Part shown: piece after piece, positions 20,671 to 29,467 of the stretch
Layout: each line of letters begins with the position of its first letter
Position numbering within the stretch: the first letter of the stretch is position 1
Assembly: GCA_963786955.1 (NCBI GenBank)
Contig: CAWBAT010000009.1
Location: 1 to 64,000, forward strand
DNA length: 64,000 bases
Source: an uncultured Acidimicrobiia bacterium
Lineage (GTDB): Bacteria; Acidobacteriota; Terriglobia; Versatilivoradales; Versatilivoraceae
Direction of reading: 5' to 3'
Program-made: the position numbers and the translations under genes
Notes under the pieces: generated by a model
Told to the model about the DNA's origin: nothing
Databases searched by the model: none
The model's input: only the letters and a program-made list of their open reading frames with translations

Positions 20671-21992
20671 TCACCTTCGGTCCCAGATCGAAATCCAAAT
20701 ATTTCCGGATGCATGTCCAAGACCTGGTCCTTGCTGATGCCGGAGATCAGATCTGGAAAGCGGCTCACATAATCCTGCCCCAACTGATTCATTTCAGAAA
20801 AGGCGAACTCTCGTGCTAAACCACGATTGGATCTTAATCGAACCCAATAACCATTGACGATGGCTTTCTTCGCACTAGCAAACTCAGAATCACTCATCCC
20901 ATCCTTTTGGAAGCGCTCAACCTCTGAACGAACCGCGGATACCAATGGGTCCATTTTCAGCGGAGGGATGTTCACCTGGATGGCCAGCGGACCTTCGCCC
21001 GCCTCCCCGAAGAAGCCAGACTCCACCGCGTCCGTGAATCCGTCTTCGTTGCGAATTCTTTGGGCCAGCCGACTGGAACGGCCTTTCCCAAACACCTGGT
21101 TCGCAATCGACACAGCCAGGAAGTCGGGATGGTTTGCGGTTATTCCAGGGACGCCGAATCCCACACTGCAGGTAGTTTTTTCGGGAAGCATCTGAACCTG
21201 GCTGGAACTGTCTACAGCCGTATTGAGTTCAGGAATGGAAATATTCTCTCCCCCCGCACTTCCCTTCCAGCTTCCAAAGAGCCTTCCTGCCTCATCTAAA
21301 GCTGAAGAACCCTGAATGTCTCCAGCAATAATCAGTGAAAATAGCCCAGGCCGGTAGTTTTTCTTGTAGAAAGAATCCAGATCTACGAGCTTTATTCTTT
21401 CAACCGATGTGACCGTTCCCTGGATGGGCCGTCGAAACGGATGTTCGGAAGGATAGATCTTTTCGCGCAACAGACGATGCAGGATCTGCCGGTTCTCAGT
21501 CTCTTCTTCTCGCAATTCGGCCAACAATTCCGCTCTCACGCTTTCCATTTCGAATTGTGTAAACGCAGAATTCTGAACGATATCAGAAAGCAATTGGAGG
21601 AGATCCGGCAAGTTCCCGCTTGGACCTTCGAGAGTCACCACAGATGCAAGATATCCCGTTTCAAGATCCAGACGGGATTGCAATCTCTCCGCTACATCCA
21701 GAATCTTGGTCGCGTTACGGCTTTTTGTGCCTCGACCGAGCATACGAGCAACAAACAATGCTGTCCCTTCCCGGCTTTCCAAATCCCGTGCGCTTCCTGC
21801 CCTGATGACGGCGCAGAGTGTCACGGTTGGAGTCGCTCGATTCTCGAGCACGATGAACGTGGCTCCATTTGCAGCCACCCGGCGATCCATCTTGAAGGGC
21901 CATAGAATACTCGCCGAATCAGCAACTCTTTCTGGATTAGCTGCCTGCTCTATCGGCGGTACGTCAAGGACCGGGCTGGCCTGAAGCGTCAT
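20645..21992 (-). CDS. M16-family peptidase-like protein, second (non-catalytic) unit; frameshift near 3' end
   Basis: NGATFIV, GTALFVARMLGRGT, HPFRRP, SSRLAQRIR. The natural tail (KYLDFDLGPKVIVGPYEKR*) is in a shifted frame ending at 20645. Confidence 0.8.
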
Positions 21993-22226
21993 GGGTTTCC
22001 AGAATTGAATCGAATCCAACAGATGAGACGCGAGTTGCAAGGTGGCCGGGGGCCCAAAGTTACGAGCCCAAGATTGTAGACTGGTAAACATAACGTCGTA
22101 TCGGGTAGACACGGCCAGCACATCCCCTACCATGCAGATTACTCTCCGCCATGGGATGATCCTGAACCATGAGTCAGGTGACTGACCACAGTGAGGGCTT
22201 AGTAGAATGGACCAGGTGTTGCCCCC

Positions 22227-22385
22227 CCCCACTCCCGAATCCCCTCTCCCCCCCGCTCAGAGCGCGTTTCACTTGACCTGACGGCTTGGGAGTGGGGGAG
22301 AGGGGTAAAATTGCCGGTTGCCGCGACCCAGGGCGGCGCGCTAACGCGCTTACCCTGGGTTACAATCGATGGCCCCTTCAGGGCC
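22227..22385. repeat. ~159-bp composite REP/MITE module between the two M16 units
   Basis: Collinear with 10363-10518. Confidence 0.75.
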
Positions 22386-22403
22386 AACAACTGGCACGGC
22401 GTA

Positions 22404-24032
22404 TCAGCTTTCAGAACTCTCCGGTCTCCAGCATAGAAAATGTGGGGCAGCCTCAGACCCACGTGAGACGTTATTCGGGCGGGGGGAAAAGCCACCACCC
22501 TTCCGCCTCACTGCAGCAAGATTCAGAGGTTGCAGGGGTAACCCAATAGCACCTTGCAATCGTTCCACTCGAATGATCGATTTCTTCTCAACCGGGACAC
22601 ACCAGCCCACTGTCCTCTTCTCGTCGGTGAGATATTTCGAGGCCACCCGAATTAAATCCTGGCCTGTGACCTGATTGATCTTAGCTTCTAGCTCCCCTAA
22701 TAATTTGTAGCTGGCGATGGATTCCAGATAACCTAACTTGAAAGCACGAGTTTCACATTCTCCCTGATCGAGAACTTGTGCATTTAAAACCTGTGCACGT
22801 ACTTTCCGCATTTCCTCTTCACTAAACTGAAAATTTCGAAGTTTTTCCAGGAGCTCCGAAAAAGCCTCTTCCGCGGCTTGATACTGAAATTGGTCCGGGA
22901 GGGTAAAAGTCAGCTTATAAAGGTACGAACCTTCCGTCGGGATGAGTTGTGTGGATACTTGCGTGGCCAATTTCTTTTCAACAAGTCCTTTGTGCATCCA
23001 GGAGTCGGCAGATGGAACTGGAGATCGGCCGGGGATTGGAAATCTCAAACCTTCGGATCCGTCGAGAATCGCATCGATCATCAGCAATGCGAAAAAATCA
23101 TCATTGAGAATATGAGGAGCAGGATAAGCGATCTCCAGGTAAGGAATGCTTCCCTGTCGATTCACCTTCACCCGACGTTCTCCCAGTTGTGGGGGCTCCT
23201 GCACATCGATTTGGGGCGGATCATTCTTTCTGGCAATTCCCCCAAAATCTTTCTCAATTTGATCAAGCAGTTGCTTGGTTTCAAAATCTCCCACAACCAC
23301 CAGGATCGCGTTGTTGGGAATATAATATCGGGAATAGTGTTGCCAGACTTGTTCTGAGCTAATCTTCCGTACCGAATCGACGAGGCCTTCCGTTGGCCAC
23401 CGGTAAGGATTCGACCGAAAAGCCGTTACTGAAACTTCAAAATCCAAGACTTGCTTCGGATCATCTCTTAAACCAAGATCTCGATCTTGAAGGATATCCT
23501 TTTCTTTTCGTACCTCTTCACTGGAAAAAGCGTCCATCGACATCCGGGCTGCCTCCAGCTTCAAGATTTCACCAATGCTCTGCTTCGGCACCGTCGCCAA
23601 AAAGCAAGACTGATCTCGCAATGTATAGCTTGCCCAGTGTCCTCCAGCTTCCTCAAGGACCTTCAACCCCAGCGGCCCGGGAATTGTCTTGCTCCCCCGG
23701 TAAGTCAACTCTTGAGCCAATCTGGAGATTCCTTCCAAACCCGCGGGATCGTCTTTCGATCCCACGCGATACCACACCCCGATCGATATCAGAGGCAAGG
23801 CGTGTTGTTCTTCCAACAGCACTTTCAGTCCGTTCGCCAGCTTGATTTCGTTGACTTGTGACTGCCAATTGGACCGGGGGTCCGCAGCGAAAACATTTTC
23901 TCCTGGGAATACTAGATCCTTAGCAGCATGGACTCCCAAACGAACCTTTTCCGAAAAGAGGAGCAGAAACAAAACCCCAAGCCCAAAGACCAGAACAAGA
24001 GCGGTACGAAGGCACTGTTTTTTAAAACTCAT
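22404..24032 (-). CDS. M16-family peptidase-like protein, first unit, N-terminal TM/signal, HXXEH degenerate
   Basis: LANGLKVLL, VWYRVGSKDD, GISRLAQELTYRGS, YYIPNNAILVVVGDF. Confidence 0.85.
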   Translation of the reverse strand: MSFKKQCLRTALVLVFGLGVLFLLLFSEKVRLGVHAAKDLVFPGENVFAADPRSNWQSQVNEIKLANGLKVLLEEQHALPLISIGVWYRVGSKDDPAGLEGISRLAQELTYRGSKTIPGPLGLKVLEEAGGHWASYTLRDQSCFLATVPKQSIGEILKLEAARMSMDAFSSEEVRKEKDILQDRDLGLRDDPKQVLDFEVSVTAFRSNPYRWPTEGLVDSVRKISSEQVWQHYSRYYIPNNAILVVVGDFETKQLLDQIEKDFGGIARKNDPPQIDVQEPPQLGERRVKVNRQGSIPYLEIAYPAPHILNDDFFALLMIDAILDGSEGLRFPIPGRSPVPSADSWMHKGLVEKKLATQVSTQLIPTEGSYLYKLTFTLPDQFQYQAAEEAFSELLEKLRNFQFSEEEMRKVRAQVLNAQVLDQGECETRAFKLGYLESIASYKLLGELEAKINQVTGQDLIRVASKYLTDEKRTVGWCVPVEKKSIIRVERLQGAIGLPLQPLNLAAVRRKGGGFSPRPNNVSRGSEAAPHFLCWRPESSES

Positions 24033-24072
24033 TCTCGTCTGACCTAAACATAACTTGCTGCTCACAACCGAT

Positions 24073-25083
24073 TCAGGAATGGGATTTTCGGACGCTTTCT
24101 TTTCTGTAGGCGGCAACCGCCTTTTGATGCTCTTCCAATGTCTTGGAGAAAGTATGTCCGCCGTTATTGTTGCTCACAAAGTACAAGTAGTCGACGTGGG
24201 CCGGCGTTAAAGCCGCTTCTATCGACCGAATTCCCGGATTGGCGATGGGGGCTGGAGGCAAACCTAACCGGACATAGGTGTTATAGGGAGAATCGACCTC
24301 CAAATGCGACTGAAGGATTTTCCCGTGATAGTCTCCCTTCAGTTTAACGGCATAGATGACCGTTGGATCGCATTGAAGAGGCATTTTCCTCTTCAGTCGA
24401 TTGTAAAAAACAGCCGCCACCAGCGGACGTTCCTCATCGACGGCGGTCTCTTTTTCAATTAACGACGCCATGGTGATGACCTCATTGAGGCTATAGGGCG
24501 ATTGCTTGAGCGGCAACTCCAGCTTCTTCGCGTAAATGTCTTTAAATTTTGAGGTCATCATTCCCACAAATTCTTCGGCTCGAGTCCCACGAGTCAGGCG
24601 ATAGGTATCGGGGAAAAGATATCCTTCAAGATTTCCTTGAAGGGACACTAGATCCGAAAGTTTATTCACTTGGCGAACAGCTTGGAGAAAGTCATCGGAA
24701 GCCAGCAGCCCTTTTTGTTGGACCAGGTCAGCAATCTCAAACAATGAATAGCCTTCCGGGATAGTAACTTCACGATAGTAGACCTGACCGCGGATCAACT
24801 TGTCAGCTACCTGGGCGACAGAAATGGGCTGCTCGAAGAGGTATTCTCCTGCCTGGAGGTGGGCCGAGTGTTTCATCACCTTCAGGTAGGCCAAAAACCA
24901 ATACCAGTGTCGAACAACTCCTTCGCGCTGGAGGATCTGGGAAATTTGATAGGATGGGGTCCCTTTCTCAATCAGAACAAATTGTTGATTCTCAGGGAAG
25001 CTTTGGTGAGGACGGTACCAGGCAAAGTATGAGGCAGTAACAATGCCTCCAGCGAAGACGACAAGGACCAGAAGTAAAAACAA
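24073..25083 (-). CDS. mltG: Endolytic transglycosylase
   Basis: VTIPEG, LEGYLFPDTY, ASLIEKET, LQCDPTVIY, SPYNTY, GLPPAPIANPG. Confidence 0.95.
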   Translation of the reverse strand: MFLLLVLVVFAGGIVTASYFAWYRPHQSFPENQQFVLIEKGTPSYQISQILQREGVVRHWYWFLAYLKVMKHSAHLQAGEYLFEQPISVAQVADKLIRGQVYYREVTIPEGYSLFEIADLVQQKGLLASDDFLQAVRQVNKLSDLVSLQGNLEGYLFPDTYRLTRGTRAEEFVGMMTSKFKDIYAKKLELPLKQSPYSLNEVITMASLIEKETAVDEERPLVAAVFYNRLKRKMPLQCDPTVIYAVKLKGDYHGKILQSHLEVDSPYNTYVRLGLPPAPIANPGIRSIEAALTPAHVDYLYFVSNNNGGHTFSKTLEEHQKAVAAYRKESVRKSHS

Positions 25084-25117
25084 AAGAACGTTTCGAAGTC
25101 GCGAGCTATTTCCCAGT

Positions 25118-25567
25118 TTAGCCCCCTGCTTCGTCGACCATCTTTAGAGCTTCCAGGTTGTTACGATGGTCAAGAAAATTCTGCAGAATGATCACGGCGG
25201 CTAGCTTATCAATCACCAGTTTTCTCTTGTTTCTCTGCATGCCGCCCTCAATGAGCACTCGTTCGGCAGAAGTGGAGGAAAAGCGCTCATCCCAGAGTTC
25301 GATCGGAACGTCCGTAATCTTTTGAAGCCGTTCAATAAACTGGCGCACGAGCTCTGCTTGGCGTCCTACCTGTCCATCCATATTCAGCGGGTTTCCCACA
25401 ACAATACACTTCACCTCGTTCGCAACAATCTGCTGAGAAAGATGTTCAAGATCTCGTTCCCAGCTCTTTCTCGTCAGGGTTTCAAGTCCCCTGGCAATCA
25501 ATCCAGTCTCATCGCTGACTGCAACCCCTATCCTGACCGACCCGACATCCAATCCCATGATTCGCAC
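25118..25567 (-). CDS. ruvX: Pre-16S rRNA nuclease / RuvX (YqgF)
   Basis: GLDVGSVRIGVAVSD, VVGNPLNMDG, WDERFSS, DKLAAVIILQ. Confidence 0.95.
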   Translation of the reverse strand: MRIMGLDVGSVRIGVAVSDETGLIARGLETLTRKSWERDLEHLSQQIVANEVKCIVVGNPLNMDGQVGRQAELVRQFIERLQKITDVPIELWDERFSSTSAERVLIEGGMQRNKRKLVIDKLAAVIILQNFLDHRNNLEALKMVDEAGG

Positions 25568-25853
25568 AACAGTAACCTCGCCTGAAGGATCCCAAACAAA
25601 ACAGTATATTCTTGGATTTTGAAGCCTGTCAAGGAATGGCGGACGGCATCATTCCCCATGGGACCACGGGATTCTTGCCCGCATTTGTTTCATTTCTCAT
25701 AGTTCATCGTTCATTTTCCATTTGTATTGATCCGCGTTTATCTGCGTCTATTCTACTTTTGCAAGTGAAAACCCCGTGTCCCCCGTGGTTAGCTTTCACT
25801 GGTTGCGGGCAGGAATCCGCGCTCGTTATGCGTTAGTTATCGGTGGAATTTCT

Positions 25854-25906
25854 GGTAGGGCGCGCTCGCCGAGCGCGCCGCGGACGGCCCGCGGTCCGTC
25901 CCTACC
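25854..25906. repeat. GTAG-type REP pair
   Basis: GGTAGGGCGCGCTCGCCGAGCGCGCC followed by GGACGG..CCGTCCCTACC. Confidence 0.75.
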
Positions 25907-26080
25907 CACTCAGCCGCTACAGAAGCGACAATCTCAAATCGTCACCGAAGGCCTTGCCCTTACAGATTTCCCCCCGTAACTAACGCATAACCCGAGCTCC
26001 CAGGATCACCTGGATTTGAGCAAATCGAAATGGTATATTCTCCCGACTTGCAGTCAAACACGCGCGAGGGATTCTACCTT

Positions 26081-27067
26081 ATGGCCGTTCGTCGCACCGG
26101 TACGATCATCAATTGGCAAGCCCTCTCTCCAATCTTATCGATATTCCGGCTGAATCCGGAACCGGCAACAAGATTTCCAAACTATCTTTCCGGGCAATAC
26201 ATTGCACTCCGTCGGGATGACTGTAAACTCAGGAAGAAAGTAGCCGGTCATGACGGTAAGATTCGCTATGTCCCGGACCTGGATGAAAACGGAGCCCAAA
26301 AGGTAGGCCCAGTGACTCATTCTTATTCCATTGCTTCGGCTCCATTTGAGACACATCAAAAAGGCTATCTGGAGTTCTATATCGGCCTCGAAACAGACGA
26401 AATGGGTGGGACGGGACGGCTCACGGAGTCCCTTTTTCGCGTCCACCTGGAGAATGATAACACCGTGACCTACTTCGACCGCATTACAGGCGATTTCACG
26501 CTGGAAAAGAGAGTGAAATCATTCGAAAGTGTGGTGCTGGTCGGCACCGGAACTGGAGTGGCTCCGTTTGTTTCGATGGTCAAGCAACTTCACCATCAGG
26601 TCAAGGACGGGAAAAAGGATCATCGCCAATACACCTTGATCCATGCAAATCGTACCTACCATGAATTGGGTTACCACCTTGATCTTTGTGAAATTGAATC
26701 TTCCAAAGCATTTGATTTTGTATATGTCCCCTTGGTGAGTCGCCCTGCCCATTCCCGGCACCCTCCCAAAAGTGTCGGAACGGGCCGCGCAAATAATCTC
26801 TTGCGGAAGCTTTTTGATATGCCTCTTAAAGAAGAAGAGGATCTCACCCAGGCCATCCTCGTTAACAGCCAGGTCGAGAAGGCGAAGGTGACTCTTTCCA
26901 AAACGGTAAAGCCTACTTTACCAGCCCATTTGTCAGAAGAGAGTCTCAAGGCTAGGCTGTCTCCCCTGAAGACAGTGGCGCTCATGTGTGGGAATATTGA
27001 AGCAATGAATGAAATTAAAAAGGTGGTTGAATCCAACCAGATCGTGTTCGAGAAGGAAGAATGGTGA
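26081..27067 (+). CDS. Ferredoxin/flavodoxin-NADP reductase-like flavoprotein
   Basis: GQY, HSYSIAS, GTGTGVAPF, MCGN and terminal EEW. Confidence 0.8.
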   Translation: MAVRRTGTIINWQALSPILSIFRLNPEPATRFPNYLSGQYIALRRDDCKLRKKVAGHDGKIRYVPDLDENGAQKVGPVTHSYSIASAPFETHQKGYLEFYIGLETDEMGGTGRLTESLFRVHLENDNTVTYFDRITGDFTLEKRVKSFESVVLVGTGTGVAPFVSMVKQLHHQVKDGKKDHRQYTLIHANRTYHELGYHLDLCEIESSKAFDFVYVPLVSRPAHSRHPPKSVGTGRANNLLRKLFDMPLKEEEDLTQAILVNSQVEKAKVTLSKTVKPTLPAHLSEESLKARLSPLKTVALMCGNIEAMNEIKKVVESNQIVFEKEEW

Positions 27068-27074
27068 GTTTGTG

Positions 27075-27610
27075 TTGCCCTCACAGGGCAACGGGGCTTG
27101 GACGGAACCATTCGCCAAGGGCGTTGCCCTCGGCTACGGTGTTTCGGCCTTTCAGGCTGCGGGCTCGTTTTCAGCCTGACAATGCTGACACCTGGAGTTT
27201 GGACATTTGTGCAGGCCAGAGGCCCGCACTACAACTTGTGGTGCAGGCGTCCTCGCCTGCCCCCAAATGCCTGAAGGGCTGAACAATTTGCCGGGGGCAA
27301 CGCCCCCGGTCCGAATCGCCAAACCTACCCTTGCCCTGTAAGGGCAACCGGGCTTGGACGATTCGCCGAGGGCGTTGCCCTCGGTACGGTGTTTCGGCCT
27401 TTCAGGCCGCGGCTCGTTTTCAGCCTGACAATGCTGACACCTGGAGTTTGGACATTTGTGCAGGCCAGAGGCCCGCACTACAACCTTGTGGTGCAGGCGT
27501 CCTCGCCTGCCCCCAAATAGCTGCTTGCATTTGAAGCGGCTGACACAATTTAGCCGGGGGCAACGCCCCCGGTCCGAATCGCCAAACCTACCCTTGCCCT
27601 GTAAGGGCAA
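27075..27610. repeat. Tandem duplication of a ~255-265-bp BIME-like REP mosaic
   Basis: Two near-identical units bounded by three TTGCCCT..AGGGCAA hairpins. Confidence 0.85.
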
Positions 27611-27624
27611 CACAAAGAGCCCCA

Positions 27625-28062
27625 TCACGGTCGATATTGAATCTCCGGAATCGTGATCTTTGCGCGATCCAGTTCCTCGAAGCTGTTTTTTCCCTCGATA
27701 ATTTTCAGGTTCGTTTCGATGATACGAAGCAAGAGTTCCACGTCAACCCCGAGGTATTCTCGGGGAAAAAGCGCAAGTTTTTCCCGTGACTGCCGTAAAT
27801 GAATACCGAACCCGCGGAAGATGTTCCTGTTGAGCTGGTGGAATCCCGCTGCCAGTTGAATGAGTCCCTGGAAAAAGATCCTCCCGTCCTCCGGATGCTC
27901 TTTCCAGATCTCTTCCCAGGCTTCGTGCGCGTGCCAATACTTCCCCTCGTTAAACAGCGCCACCCCGGCAGCAAAGTGTTGAACTTCGTCGGGAGTTAAT
28001 AGGACTGAGGTAAGATTCCGCCGGTCGATTTCGGAAATAGATTTGCGGGGGATCCGTTTCAT
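27625..28062 (-). CDS. DUF309 domain protein
   Basis: GVALFNEGKYWHAHEAWEEIW...QGLIQLAAGFH. Confidence 0.9.
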   Translation of the reverse strand: MKRIPRKSISEIDRRNLTSVLLTPDEVQHFAAGVALFNEGKYWHAHEAWEEIWKEHPEDGRIFFQGLIQLAAGFHQLNRNIFRGFGIHLRQSREKLALFPREYLGVDVELLLRIIETNLKIIEGKNSFEELDRAKITIPEIQYRP

Positions 28063-28188
28063 TGGAGCTTGCGGGTAGGAGAAGACAGGTCGTATGGATA
28101 AGCCTTCTGGCTGCGGAATGCGTGGGAAAGGAATCACACAGGCGGCAAGCCTCGCTCCATAAACCGAGGGAACAGCAGTCGCCTTTGT

Positions 28189-28215
28189 GAAGCCGGGGCG
28201 TAAAGCCCCGGCTTC
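28189..28215. terminator. 11-bp hairpin downstream of gap
   Basis: GAAGCCGGGGC-GTAAA-GCCCCGGCTTC, with no clear U-tract. Confidence 0.5.
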
Positions 28216-28234
28216 GATAACTTACATTACGAAC

Positions 28235-29269
<1,035 letters not shown>

Positions 29270-29467
29270 TTATGAATGCTGTATAGTCTCCAAAAGGTGT
29301 CCCGTCACGGACAATTCAATTTTTTAATATATCATAGAACTTCGCATGGACTCTATGCTTTTCCCCCGATGAAACGTCTTCACGAAATCTTACGGAATTT
29401 CGGGATGAAAGGAGATCGCTGTCATTTGACACCTTCCGCAGCCTAGCTTGACCTTGTGCGGATCACT

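Noticed and set aside
22035-22559. Group I/II intron or ribosomal bypass in the M16 gene
   Set aside because: No U|...G| group I boundaries at the repeat, no GUGYG/AY ends or domain V, and no stop codon directly after a take-off codon.
27075-27610. Possible CRISPR array
   Set aside because: The units are ~260 bp and nearly identical throughout, with no unique spacers and no cas genes.
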